Shown here piece after piece: positions 41,287 through 51,476 of a DNA stretch of 64,000 bases; position 1 is the stretch's first letter, and each line of letters starts with the position of its first letter. This DNA is from Rhizobium sp. NFR07 (GTDB lineage Bacteria; Pseudomonadota; Alphaproteobacteria; Rhizobiales; Rhizobiaceae), in assembly GCF_900111905.1 (NCBI RefSeq), contig NZ_FOKM01000019.1, forward strand, positions 57,172-121,171, written 5' to 3'. The notes beneath the pieces are model-generated. The model saw nothing but the letters and a program-made list of their open reading frames with translations, made no database searches and had not been told where the DNA came from. Both the position numbers and the translations under genes were made by a program.

Positions 41287-41718
41287 ATGAAATCGAAGAC
41301 GCCTTTTTCACGCAAGCTGGTTCTCGGCGCCTTGATCGCAGCCATTCCGGTTCTTGCTGCTGAGACGGCTTTCGCGGCTCGCATTTCCAATCCGGTTGCC
41401 GTCTTCGCCGGTATCGACAAGATCACCGGCCGCATCACCACATTCGACGTCTACGTCAACGAGACGGTCCAGTACGGCGCGCTGCAGGTGACGCCGAAGG
41501 TCTGCTATTCGCGTGACGAAACCGAAGCGCAGAAGATCGACGGCTTTATCGAGGTCGACGAGATCACTCTCGACCGCAAGATTCGCCGCATCTTCTCCGG
41601 CTGGATGTTCGCCGACAGCCCCGGTCTTAACGCCGTCGAACATCCGATTTATGACGTCTGGCTGACCGGCTGCAAGCAGCAGTCCGACGTCCCGCCCCCG
41701 GCAGACGCAACGAACTGA
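41287..41718 (+). CDS. DUF2155 domain secreted protein
   Basis: Signal peptide; follows the NDUFA12-like gene, an arrangement that occurs in alphaproteobacteria. Confidence 0.6.
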   Translation: MKSKTPFSRKLVLGALIAAIPVLAAETAFAARISNPVAVFAGIDKITGRITTFDVYVNETVQYGALQVTPKVCYSRDETEAQKIDGFIEVDEITLDRKIRRIFSGWMFADSPGLNAVEHPIYDVWLTGCKQQSDVPPPADATN

Positions 41719-41985
41719 TCTTCCCTATTTATCGTTCAATAGCAGTCCATAAGCTCGGAACTGTCGGTGCATGGCGCCGAGTAAGTAAGAGCGTTATGAG
41801 TGTGCTTTTCACAATGATGAATTCACGCTTTGATTTGAGAATAGTGCGGCTGGCCGATAACGCCGGGTTGATCTACATCGTGTCGACCAATCGACGGTTT
41901 TTCTATACAAAGAATCATCGTCATCCGTTATGAGCCGTGGCGCCTGGGGGATAAGACGCGCTCTCGCTCACAGCGGAGTTATTCC

Positions 41986-42216
41986 ATGTCGGATCAGTCT
42001 GAAATCGACCAGCGTGTTCGTAAAGAAGCTGACGAAGCTTTTGTTTTGGCTATGAAAGTGGCCGCGGATACGGCGAAGCGACTATCCAGTGGACCTGTCG
42101 CGTCGCAGGTAACGGCGGAGCAGATGCTCCTTGTATTCGCTAACATCATCAAGGACGTCAATCGCCAGAACTTCCGGGAGGTTCTGCGGTACTCACCATT
42201 GCCTACGCAACAGTGA
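41986..42216 (+). CDS. Hypothetical small protein (76 aa) in an AT-rich islet
   Basis: GGAG SD; no recognisable family; surrounded by ~270 bp of AT-rich non-coding DNA. Confidence 0.35.
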   Translation: MSDQSEIDQRVRKEADEAFVLAMKVAADTAKRLSSGPVASQVTAEQMLLVFANIIKDVNRQNFREVLRYSPLPTQQ

Positions 42217-42283
42217 CGTCACGCCAAACATCTCCTGAGTTTGGGGAAGGTCGCGGGTAGGGGCTTGGATATAGCGTTACCGC

Positions 42284-42901
42284 CTAGAAGGGAAGGTGCG
42301 GGAAGTCCACCGCAGCCCTGAGCAGGATCAGGTATTCTTCCTTGGGAATGTCGACCGCACCGAACGTTTTCAGGTGATCGGTGGTGAACTGCGTGTCCAG
42401 CAGTTGAAAACCATTGCCTCGCAGGCGCTCGACAAGATGCACGAGGCAGATCTTGGATGCGTCGGTGCGCCTGGAAAACATGCTTTCGCCGAAGAATGCG
42501 GCGCCCAGCGAGACACCGTAGAGCCCGCCGACCAGAGCATCGCCATCCCAGGCTTCGACGCTGTGGGCATGTCCCATCCGGTGCAGTTCGCCGTAAAGCT
42601 GGCGAATGGTACCGTTGATCCAAGTGCTCGTACGGTCCGGCGCGGGTTCCGCGCACAGGCCCATAACCTCGTCGAACGCGTTGTCGAAGCGGATTTCGAA
42701 AGGGGCCTTGCGGATGGTCTTCGAGAGGCTCTTCGGGACGTGGAAATCGTCGAGCGGGATAATGCCCCGCATTTCCGGCTCGACCCAGAAGATCTCCGGG
42801 TCGTCGGCGGATTCCGCCATCGGGAACAGCCCTATGGAATAGGCTCGCAACAGAATGTCCGGGGTAATTGCCGGGTAGTACCTGCCGCGCCGCCCTGCCA
42901 T
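42284..42901 (-). CDS. aat: Leucyl/phenylalanyl-tRNA--protein transferase
   Basis: 205 aa; L/F-transferase motifs (SIGLFPM, GGLYGV). Confidence 0.85.
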   Translation of the reverse strand: MAGRRGRYYPAITPDILLRAYSIGLFPMAESADDPEIFWVEPEMRGIIPLDDFHVPKSLSKTIRKAPFEIRFDNAFDEVMGLCAEPAPDRTSTWINGTIRQLYGELHRMGHAHSVEAWDGDALVGGLYGVSLGAAFFGESMFSRRTDASKICLVHLVERLRGNGFQLLDTQFTTDHLKTFGAVDIPKEEYLILLRAAVDFPHLPF

Positions 42902-43060
42902 TTCGCTCCCTGGCGCATCGGCCCGAAAACCGGGGTCGGTTTGCGGAACATACGATGCGAATAATTCGAAATCTGTCTCGCCCTTTATGCGTCCTGTGAG
43001 ACGCGTAAAGGGCGAGACAGGGAAACGCCCGGAAGCATCGGCTCCGGGCGTTTCATTATC

Positions 43061-44407
43061 TCAGTGTTCCTTGCCGCCGGCCAGATAATTTTCCAGCCAG
43101 TGGATGTCGTAGTCGCCATTGGCGATGTCGGGATTGTCGACCAGATCCTGGAACAGCGGCAGCGTCGTCTTGATCCCGTCCACGACGAACTCGTCCAGCA
43201 CGCGGCGAAGGCGCATCATGCATTCGACACGGGTGCGTCCATGCACGATCAGCTTGCCGATGAGGCTGTCGTAGTAAGGCGGGATCTTGTAGCCGGCATA
43301 GGCGCCCGAATCGACGCGAACGCCGAGGCCGCCCGGTGCGTGGAAATGCGTGATCGTGCCGGGCGACGGCACGAAGGTGCGCGGATCCTCGGCATTGATG
43401 CGGCACTCGATCGCGTGGCCCTGGAACTGGATCTCTTCCTGGCTGACCGACAGGCCGGCGCCGGAAGCGACGCGGATCTGCTCGTGAACGAGGTCGATGC
43501 CGGTGATCGCTTCGGTGATCGGGTGCTCCACCTGCAGGCGGGTGTTCATTTCGATGAAATAGAACTCGCCGTTTTCGTAGAGGAACTCGATCGTGCCGGC
43601 GCCGCGATATTTCATCTTCTTCATCGCATCGGCGCAGATCTGACCGATCTTCATGCGCTGATCGACGTTGAGGGCAGGGGAGTTTGCTTCTTCCCAGACC
43701 TTCTGGTGGCGGCGCTGCAGCGAGCAGTCGCGTTCACCGAGATGGATCGCGTTACCTTCGCCGTCACCCACGACCTGGATTTCGATGTGGCGCGGCTTGC
43801 CGAGGTACTTTTCCATGTACACGGCGCCGTTGCCGAAGGCAGCGAGCGCCTCGGTGCGGGCGGTGTTGAAGGCCTCGTCGAGATCGGCTTCGGTCTTGGC
43901 GACCTTCATGCCGCGTCCGCCGCCACCGGCCGTCGCCTTGATCAGGACAGGGAAGCCGATCTCTCTGGCGATTTGCATGGCGTTTTCGGGCGTGACTTCG
44001 CCCTCGGAGCCCGGAACGACCGGGATGCCGAGTTCGACTGCAGTCTGCTTGGCAGTGATCTTGTCACCCATCAGGCGGATGTGCTCGGCGGTCGGTCCAA
44101 TGAAGGTGATGCCGTGCGCTTCCAGGATATCAGCGAACTTGGCGTTCTCCGAGAGGAAACCGTAGCCCGGATGCACGGCGTCGGCGCCGGTGATCTCGCA
44201 GGCCGCCACGATCTGGTGGATGTTGAGATAGCTGTCGCGCGACGGCGGCGGGCCGATGCAGACACTCTCGTCAGCAAGGCGCACATGCATGGCATCCGCA
44301 TCGGCCGTCGAGTGGACGGCTACGGTCGCGATGCCGAGTTCCTTGCAGGCGCGCAGCACGCGCAAGGCGATCTCACCGCGGTTGGCTATGAGGATCTTGG
44401 AAATCAT
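43061..44407 (-). CDS. accC: Acetyl-CoA carboxylase biotin carboxylase subunit
   Basis: 448 aa ATP-grasp biotin carboxylase. Confidence 0.9.
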   Translation of the reverse strand: MISKILIANRGEIALRVLRACKELGIATVAVHSTADADAMHVRLADESVCIGPPPSRDSYLNIHQIVAACEITGADAVHPGYGFLSENAKFADILEAHGITFIGPTAEHIRLMGDKITAKQTAVELGIPVVPGSEGEVTPENAMQIAREIGFPVLIKATAGGGGRGMKVAKTEADLDEAFNTARTEALAAFGNGAVYMEKYLGKPRHIEIQVVGDGEGNAIHLGERDCSLQRRHQKVWEEANSPALNVDQRMKIGQICADAMKKMKYRGAGTIEFLYENGEFYFIEMNTRLQVEHPITEAITGIDLVHEQIRVASGAGLSVSQEEIQFQGHAIECRINAEDPRTFVPSPGTITHFHAPGGLGVRVDSGAYAGYKIPPYYDSLIGKLIVHGRTRVECMMRLRRVLDEFVVDGIKTTLPLFQDLVDNPDIANGDYDIHWLENYLAGGKEH

Positions 44408-44416
44408 GGACTGGCC

Positions 44417-44884
44417 TTATTCGACAATGACGAGAGGCTGACCGTATTCCACCGGCGAGGAGTCGGCGACCAGGATCTCTGTGACCTTGCCGGAGCGCGG
44501 TGCCGGGATCTGGTTCATGGTCTTCATCGCTTCGATGATGAGCAGCGTCTGGCCTTCCTTGACCGTCGCACCGACTTCGATGAATGCCTTGGCGCCCGGG
44601 GCTGGAGCGAGGTAGGCGGTGCCGACCATCGGAGCGGTGACGGCATTCTTGTTATCGGCGGCGGCCGGAGCAGCAGCGGCTGCGACCGGGGCAGCGGCAA
44701 CGGGTGCGGCGGCTGCGACCGGAGCGGCCATCGGAGCCTGGACGTACTGCGTAGCCGACTGGCGCGACACGCGGATGCGCAGGTCGTCCTGTTCGACTTC
44801 GATCTCGGTCAGGTCGGTATCGTTGAGGATGTTCGCGAGGTCGCGGATCAATCCCTTGTCGATCCCGTTCTTCTTCTCAGACAT
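44417..44884 (-). CDS. accB: Acetyl-CoA carboxylase biotin carboxyl carrier protein
   Basis: Ala/Pro-rich linker and biotinyl domain (EAMKTMNQI). Confidence 0.9.
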   Translation of the reverse strand: MSEKKNGIDKGLIRDLANILNDTDLTEIEVEQDDLRIRVSRQSATQYVQAPMAAPVAAAAPVAAAPVAAAAAPAAADNKNAVTAPMVGTAYLAPAPGAKAFIEVGATVKEGQTLLIIEAMKTMNQIPAPRSGKVTEILVADSSPVEYGQPLVIVE

Positions 44885-44913
44885 GGCAAACCCTATTGTT
44901 CTGTTTTATCTTG

Positions 44914-45351
44914 TCAGTTGGTTGTGTATTTCAAGGCATGCAGGGCGAGAACATAGCTCGCTGCGCCAAAGCCGCAGATGACGCCCTTGGCTGCGGGCGC
45001 GATCATGGAGGTGTGGCGGAATTCTTCCCGCGCGTGAACATTCGAGATGTGCAGTTCGATCACCGGCACCGAGACGGCCTTGATGGCGTCGTGAAGCGCA
45101 ATCGAGGTGTGGGTATAGGCACCGGCATTGATGGCGACGCCCACAGCCTTCTCTCCGGCCTCCTGGATCCAGTCGATCAGCGTGCCTTCATGGTTGCTCT
45201 GGCGGAAATCGACATCGAAGCCAAGCTCCTGGCCCATCGCAAGGCACTGCTGCTTCACGTCTTCCAGCGTCTGCCCGCCGTATATGCCGGGTTCTCTCTT
45301 GCCCAACATGTTGAGGTTGGGGCCATTGAGGACGAAAACCGTCTTGTTCAT
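44914..45351 (-). CDS. aroQ: 3-dehydroquinate dehydratase type II
   Basis: VLNGPNLNMLGKREPGIYG signature; likely start ATG 45351. Confidence 0.85.
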   Translation of the reverse strand: MNKTVFVLNGPNLNMLGKREPGIYGGQTLEDVKQQCLAMGQELGFDVDFRQSNHEGTLIDWIQEAGEKAVGVAINAGAYTHTSIALHDAIKAVSVPVIELHISNVHAREEFRHTSMIAPAAKGVICGFGAASYVLALHALKYTTN

Positions 45352-45493
45352 CACCGATCTATTGTTCCATCCGAATTTAGCGGCCACCTATAGACCGCTA
45401 GGACGTCAAGGGAAAGCCCCTGCCGCGCCGAAAGGCCGGTGGTCCACCGATGGAGTGATATAAGCTGCTGGAAACCGTCCCGATACACTGCGA

Positions 45494-46255
45494 TCAGCAG
45501 CTGGCCTTGCCGCAGGACCTGACGTTCCCGACCTTTTCTTCGATCTGATCGAGACCGACGGCGCCGAAAACGGCTTCGTCGCCGACGACATAGGTCGGGG
45601 TGCCTGTGATGCCGATCGCATTCGCCAACTGATAGGCCTGCCTGACGATGTCGTCGTTGGGCTGCTCCTGCATCGACTTGCGGATTGCTGCCTCATCGAC
45701 CCCGAGATCACTTGCAACCGAAATGGCGGTCGCCTCCGAAGCGTGTTCCTGGCCGACCAGAAGCTCGCGATGGAATTCGGCGTATTTGTCCGGAGCGACA
45801 AGGCGCACGGCATTCGCCACCTTGTGGGCGGCCATGGAATCCGGTCCGAGGATCGGGAATTCCTTCAGCACGAAGCGGACCTTGGTATCCTTCTTCAGGA
45901 TCTCGTCCATGTCGCCCATAGCGCGCTTGCAGTAGCCGCAGTTGTAATCGAAGAACTCGACGACGGTGACATCGCCTTCCGGATTGCCGAGCACGACGTC
46001 GGTGGGCGAAGAGAATATCTCGTCCTTGTAGGTCGCCACAGCCTTGGTGGACTGATCTGCCCGCTGAGCCTGCTGCTTGGCCTCCAGCGCGTTCTGCACC
46101 TCGATCATCACTTCCGGGTTCTGGATGAGATATTCGCGGATGAACGCACCCATTTCCTTCTTTTGGCTTTCGTCCAGGGCAAGCGCCGGACCGGCGGCGG
46201 AAAGCGCGAGCGACAGGAAGGTGCCGGCGGCGAAGGTTTTGAACAGGCGGGACAT
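45494..46255 (-). CDS. DsbA-family periplasmic thiol:disulfide oxidoreductase
   Basis: Signal peptide, CGYC active site. Confidence 0.8.
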   Translation of the reverse strand: MSRLFKTFAAGTFLSLALSAAGPALALDESQKKEMGAFIREYLIQNPEVMIEVQNALEAKQQAQRADQSTKAVATYKDEIFSSPTDVVLGNPEGDVTVVEFFDYNCGYCKRAMGDMDEILKKDTKVRFVLKEFPILGPDSMAAHKVANAVRLVAPDKYAEFHRELLVGQEHASEATAISVASDLGVDEAAIRKSMQEQPNDDIVRQAYQLANAIGITGTPTYVVGDEAVFGAVGLDQIEEKVGNVRSCGKASC

Positions 46256-46494
46256 GGATTTCCTCTCCGGACATGGCGGTCGCGAATCTCGACCACCAGC
46301 ATTTCAATATTGCGCCAAGGCTAAGCCACCCGGCACGCGCAAGGAACAGGAAATCTGCATTGCGGCATGAGCAAGGCTTCACATCTGCGTGGAAGGCTCG
46401 CAGGGGCGGCGGGTATTAGCCTTTGCGGTTCAGTCGTTTGCAGGTGTTTCCTGAATCACTTTTTGACCGTGTTGCCGCGGTGCTTCAACCCTAT

Positions 46495-46531
46495 GGAAGA
46501 AATGAAAATGGCCGCTTTCGCGGCCATTTTC
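46495..46531 (-). terminator. Rho-independent terminator downstream of rne
   Basis: Perfect inverted repeat AAAATGGCCGC-TTTC-GCGGCCATTTT. Confidence 0.6.
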
Positions 46532-46549
46532 GTTGAATTGGTCTCAGGC

Positions 46550-49417
46550 TCAGAAGAAGCCGCGGCGCTGCCACCAACCGGCCTTCTTCGGCTTGGTCGG
46601 TTCGCCATCGCCTTCAGGTGCCTTTGTCGGATCGGAGCTCTTCACCACGGCCTCGCTGGAGGACGAGATGTTCGAGGCGCGGTTGGCGCGCACCGGCTTG
46701 TTGTCGTCGGCTTCTGCCACGACTTCTGCGGCGACCGGTTCTGCGACGGCTTCTTCAGCCTTGGGCTCTTCGCCAAGTGCCGCATCGACCTGTTCGACGA
46801 TGGCTTCGACAACCGGAGCCGGTTCTGCTGCTGCAGCCGCTTCGGCCTCTACGGCCTTCTTGCTGCGGCGTGCACGCTTCGGCTTCGGCGCTGGCTCGGC
46901 TTCCAGAGCGGCCTCGACAGCTGCCGCAGGGGCGTCTTCGGCGACGACTTCGACCGGAGCCTGTTCCGCAATCTCTACCGGAGCGGCAGCGTCTTCGGCG
47001 ACTTCTTCGCCGTCATCACCCGACGCTTCGTCGTCGCCCTCGGCGCTGGCTTCGATGCCATCTTCGCCATTGCGATTGCGACGGCCGCCACGCTTGCCAC
47101 GGCGGCGACGCTTGCGGCGACCATTTTCATCGTCACCTTCGGAGATCGTGTCGGCACCGGATTCCGCTGCGACGACCTCGACAGCGTCGTCCTCGGCGCC
47201 GTCTTCATCCTCGTCGACGTCATCGCCGGCTGCATCATCGGACTGTGCCTGGGCATCGCCGTTGCGCTCGCCGCGGTTACGACGACGGCGGCGACGCTTG
47301 CGCTTGCGGCCATTCTGATCGTCACCCTCGGCGCGCTCCGGCTTGCTGGTTGCCTGTGCGGGTGCCAGCTCCTCGTCTTCTTCCTCGTCGATCTCGACGA
47401 TGACATCGTCATCCTCGTCTTCGACCGGGATGGCAGCGAACTGCATCAGGCTTTCGATCTTGACCGGGTTCTCGACGGCTTCGCCGCGATCGATCGCGAA
47501 GTGGCTGGAGCCGATGCTGACGTCCGATTCGATGAAGATCGAGACACCGAAGCGGTTCTCGTAATCCATCACGGTCTGGCGCTTGTGGTTCAAGAGATAG
47601 AGCGCGATGTCCGGCGTCGTGCGCACAGTGATATCGTGCGTGGTGTTCTTGAGGAGATACTCCTCCATGCCGCGCAGAACGTGGAGCGCGACGGACGACT
47701 GCGAGCGGACGTGGCCGGTGCCACCGCAATGCGAGCAGATCTGCGTCGTCGATTCCAGCACCGACGCGCGGATGCGCTGGCGCGACATTTCCAGAAGACC
47801 GAAATGCGAGATGCGGCCGACCTGGATGCGGGCGCGGTCGTTCTTCAGGCAATCCTTCAGCTTCTTCTCGACGGCGCGGTTGTTGCGCTTTTCTTCCATG
47901 TCGATGAAGTCGATGACGACGAGGCCCGCAAGGTCGCGCAGGCGCAGCTGGCGCGCGACTTCTTCGGCGGCTTCGAGGTTGGTCGCGAGTGCGGTTTCCT
48001 CGATCGAGTGTTCGCGGGTCGAACGGCCCGAGTTGACGTCGATCGAAACCAGCGCTTCCGTCTGGTTGATGATCAGGTAGCCGCCGGACTTCAGCGTCAC
48101 CTGCGGCTGCAGCATGCGGTCGAGCTGCGCTTCGATGCCGGAGCGAGAGAAGATCGGGTGCAGGTCGCGATAGGGCTGAACCACCTTGGCATGGCTCGGC
48201 ATCAGCATCTTCATGAAGTCTTTCGCTTCACGATAGCCGTCTTCGCCGGACACGATGATCTCGCCGATATCCTTGTTGTAGAGGTCGCGGATCGAACGCT
48301 TGATCAGCGAGCCTTCCTCGTAGACGAGGCAGGGGGCGGTGGAGTTGAGCGTCAGCGTGCGGACGTTTTCCCACAGGCGCATCAGGTATTCGAAGTCACG
48401 CTTGATCTCGACGCGGGTGCGGTTTGCACCGGCGGTGCGCAGGATGACGCCCATGCCCTGCGGCACGTCGAGCTCGCGAGCGATTTCCTTCAGGCGCTTG
48501 CGGTCGGTCGGCTGGGTGATCTTGCGGGAGATGCCGCCGCCACGGGCGGTATTCGGCATGAGAACGGAGTAACGGCCGGCGAGCGACAGGTAGGTCGTGA
48601 GCGCTGCGCCCTTGTTGCCGCGTTCTTCCTTGGCTACCTGAACGAGCAGGATCTGGCGGCGCTTGATGACTTCCTGGATGCGGTACTGCTTGCGCGGCTT
48701 GCGCTGCACGCGATCGGGAACTTCTTCCATCGCATCTTCGGCGCCGACGGACTCGATCTCTTCCTTTTCATGGTGATCGTCGTCGTCATCATCACTGTCG
48801 TTGCCGCGGCGGCGGGCATCGACATCCTCAGAGATGGAGTCGGTCTCGACCATCGCCGCCATGGAATCGGGCGTCGAGTCATCGCTGCTGTCGGCGGCCG
48901 GTGCATCGCCATCGGTGGCGGACGCCTCGGCTGCAGGTGTTTCTTCAACTGCCTTCTTGCGCGAACGGGCACGCTTCGGCTTAGCCTTCTTTTCCGGCTC
49001 TGCGGCAACGGCTTCGGACGCTGCGGCCTTCGCCGGAGCTTCGGCGGCAACGATGCCGACATCCGGCTGGTCCTCGTTAGCGAGGTCGACGACCGGATCG
49101 GCGGATTCCGCTTCTGCGATCTTGCGCTGGTCTTCAGCTTCCTGCTGCATCAGCGCCTGACGATCGGCGAGCGGGATCTGGTAGTAATCCGGATGGATTT
49201 CCGCAAATGCGAGGAAGCCGTGGCGATTGCCGCCGTAATCGACGAACGCCGCCTGCAGGGACGGTTCGACGCGGGTTACCTTCGCAAGGTAGATGTTGCC
49301 GCGGATCTGCTTCTTATGCTGCGATTCGAAATCGAATTCTTCGATGCGATTGCCGCGTACAACGACTACGCGCGTCTCCTCTTCGTGAGACGCGTCGATA
49401 AGCATTTTGTCTGCCAT
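46550..49417 (-). CDS. rne: Ribonuclease E (long Arg/Asp/Glu/Ala-rich low-complexity C-terminal half)
   Basis: 955 aa; conserved N-terminal S1/catalytic domain (MADKMLIDASHEEETRVVVVRGNRIEEFDFE…). Confidence 0.9.
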   Translation of the reverse strand: MADKMLIDASHEEETRVVVVRGNRIEEFDFESQHKKQIRGNIYLAKVTRVEPSLQAAFVDYGGNRHGFLAFAEIHPDYYQIPLADRQALMQQEAEDQRKIAEAESADPVVDLANEDQPDVGIVAAEAPAKAAASEAVAAEPEKKAKPKRARSRKKAVEETPAAEASATDGDAPAADSSDDSTPDSMAAMVETDSISEDVDARRRGNDSDDDDDDHHEKEEIESVGAEDAMEEVPDRVQRKPRKQYRIQEVIKRRQILLVQVAKEERGNKGAALTTYLSLAGRYSVLMPNTARGGGISRKITQPTDRKRLKEIARELDVPQGMGVILRTAGANRTRVEIKRDFEYLMRLWENVRTLTLNSTAPCLVYEEGSLIKRSIRDLYNKDIGEIIVSGEDGYREAKDFMKMLMPSHAKVVQPYRDLHPIFSRSGIEAQLDRMLQPQVTLKSGGYLIINQTEALVSIDVNSGRSTREHSIEETALATNLEAAEEVARQLRLRDLAGLVVIDFIDMEEKRNNRAVEKKLKDCLKNDRARIQVGRISHFGLLEMSRQRIRASVLESTTQICSHCGGTGHVRSQSSVALHVLRGMEEYLLKNTTHDITVRTTPDIALYLLNHKRQTVMDYENRFGVSIFIESDVSIGSSHFAIDRGEAVENPVKIESLMQFAAIPVEDEDDDVIVEIDEEEDEELAPAQATSKPERAEGDDQNGRKRKRRRRRRNRGERNGDAQAQSDDAAGDDVDEDEDGAEDDAVEVVAAESGADTISEGDDENGRRKRRRRGKRGGRRNRNGEDGIEASAEGDDEASGDDGEEVAEDAAAPVEIAEQAPVEVVAEDAPAAAVEAALEAEPAPKPKRARRSKKAVEAEAAAAAEPAPVVEAIVEQVDAALGEEPKAEEAVAEPVAAEVVAEADDNKPVRANRASNISSSSEAVVKSSDPTKAPEGDGEPTKPKKAGWWQRRGFF

Positions 49418-49938
49418 TGAAATTCTGCTCCTCGGCGCGACCGTGCAAATGCACGAAAGCCTGTCGCGAGGACAGGCTCGTTATGCAAAACGGTCAGGAC
49501 GCCGGACAAAGGTGATCCCGTCGGGGAGGGGCGAGACGGCAACCGGAAAGACAGCAAAGCCATGGGCTTCCTTCCGCTTTCCGTGATCTGAAAATATTGC
49601 CGCAACATTAAGAACCAGACGAGAATGACGATAACTGGATCCTTGCGGATCCGATGGGGTGCTCCTCGGAGCGTTGGGTGGCACGCCACCCGGTATTTTT
49701 CCGACGATAGCCGGAGTGATCGATTACCTGAGATCGAGTGTTGCGACGGCGGATGTTTGCCGGTACTTGGCGCCAAAACAACGGTTGGCCAGCCCATCGG
49801 CAGACTATCCCGTCAACCCTCTAACCTCTTTGGCTTTGTATGGTTTATCTGTCACAATAGCAAGGGAAAAGCCGTATCCGCCATATTGTAGATGGATTTG
49901 ACGGTCTTATCGGAAAATGCGTTTCTCCCGGCCGATTC
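49418..49938. promoter_or_regulatory. ~520-bp divergent intergenic region: probable long rne 5' leader plus amidase promoter
   Basis: No convincing ORF; rne genes in enterobacteria carry long structured autoregulatory 5' UTRs. Confidence 0.3.
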
Positions 49939-51285
49939 GTGCGGGCTGAATCAGAAATGCCTGAAATGCAGGCTCTTCGTGCCAGTGACTGGCTGGGCGC
50001 GAAGGTTCAAGAGGCGGAATACGGCTTGAAGTTGGATAGAGTGCTAACGATCGGGGACGCGGTCGGCGTGGCCGAAACAGTGCGATTTTTCCGAATCGCG
50101 TGTCGAATCATCCTGCTTGCAACGATTGGCATGGGCGCGGTGGCGTCCGGTTCTTATGCCTCGCAGCAACCGATGCTTGCATTTTCGGCAAGGGTTGCCG
50201 GAGATGCCGCCAGAACCCGCGTCGTCATTGATTTCGAAGGCAAGCCGGAATTCTCCATCCACTATGTCGGTGGTCCCGAGCGCATCATCGTCGATCTCTC
50301 GGCGACTGCCTTCGGCTTCCCAGCAGCGGACCTCGCGCCCCGCGGCCTGTTCAAGGACATCCGTTACGGGACGATGGAGGCCGACAGCGCCCGTATGGTC
50401 TTCACCACCGAACGGCCCGTGAAATTGGTTCTCGCTGAAGTCCAAGAGAACGAGAATGGCGGCCATCGCCTGGTGCTGGATGCCGAGATCACCACCAAGG
50501 ACAAGTTCGCCGAAATGCTGAAGACTCAGGATTGGAACGCGTCCGCAGCCGTGCCTTCGGCGGATGAAGTCGGTCCGGTGGTCGAGGACGGGGTCTTCAC
50601 CGTTGCCGTCGATGCCGGACATGGCGGGATCGATGCCGGCGCCACCGGTGCGGCGACGAAGACTTCCGAAAAGACCGTGACGCTCGATTTCGCCCGGCTG
50701 CTGTCCGAGCGCCTCAACAAGATCGAAGGCGTGAAGGCATTTCTGACGCGTGAGGACGACACGTTTCTTTCGCTTTCCGAGCGCGTCGTGCTTGCCCGCC
50801 AGCGGCACGCCGATCTCTTCATTTCGCTGCATGCCGATACGCTGTCCCAGAAGGACATTCGCGGCGCGACCGTCTATACGCTGTCCGACCGCGCATCGGA
50901 CCGCATGGCGGAAAATCTCGCCGCCCGCGAAAACCTCTCGGACCAGCTGGCGGGCTTCAGCATCGACCACGGCCGTCCGGAGGTTGCGGATATCCTGCTG
51001 GACCTGACCCGCCGCGAGACGCAGGCCTTCTCCGTCTCGCTTGCCGAGAATGTCGTAAAATCCTTCGAGGGGCAGGTGGGGCTCATCAACAATCCCCATC
51101 GGCAGGCGAATTTCCAGGTTCTGCGGGCTCCGGACATTCCGTCCGTGCTGCTCGAACTGGGCTTCCTGTCCAATGCCGAGGACGAGAAGCTGCTACTTGA
51201 CGAGACGTGGCGCACCAAGGTTGCCACGCGCATTTCGGAAGCCGTCGATCGCTATCGCAGGCGATCGCTTGCGAATGGCGGCTGA
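49939..51285 (+). CDS. N-acetylmuramoyl-L-alanine amidase (AmiC-type) with N-terminal AMIN-like region (start uncertain)
   Basis: Amidase_3 catalytic motifs (VAVDAGHGGIDAGA, LFISLHADT); signal-like segment VRFFRIACRIILLATIGMGAVASGSYA. Confidence 0.8.
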   Translation: MRAESEMPEMQALRASDWLGAKVQEAEYGLKLDRVLTIGDAVGVAETVRFFRIACRIILLATIGMGAVASGSYASQQPMLAFSARVAGDAARTRVVIDFEGKPEFSIHYVGGPERIIVDLSATAFGFPAADLAPRGLFKDIRYGTMEADSARMVFTTERPVKLVLAEVQENENGGHRLVLDAEITTKDKFAEMLKTQDWNASAAVPSADEVGPVVEDGVFTVAVDAGHGGIDAGATGAATKTSEKTVTLDFARLLSERLNKIEGVKAFLTREDDTFLSLSERVVLARQRHADLFISLHADTLSQKDIRGATVYTLSDRASDRMAENLAARENLSDQLAGFSIDHGRPEVADILLDLTRRETQAFSVSLAENVVKSFEGQVGLINNPHRQANFQVLRAPDIPSVLLELGFLSNAEDEKLLLDETWRTKVATRISEAVDRYRRRSLANGG

Positions 51286-51476
51286 TGCTGCGATCCGGCG
51301 GCGTGGCCTCGATACCACACTCGCGTGTCGATTGCCGAAATGCTATAGGGAAGCAGCGGAAATACCTGGGAAAAGCCCTAGTTTCCTCACATTCGAAGAG
51401 CAGGTCGCGGATATATTTCGCATGACCAGCGTTTTCGCAGAGTTGATCCGGTCGCCCTTGCACTGATGTAAGCGTC

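Noticed and set aside
43064-44956. 630-aa plus-strand ORF
   Set aside because: Antisense to accC/accB.
46367-49420. 1017-aa plus-strand ORF and other Ala/Pro/Arg-rich ORFs (46533..47318, 46618..47403)
   Set aside because: Alternate frames and antisense of rne, in particular its repetitive low-complexity C-terminal half; low-complexity translations, no domain signatures.
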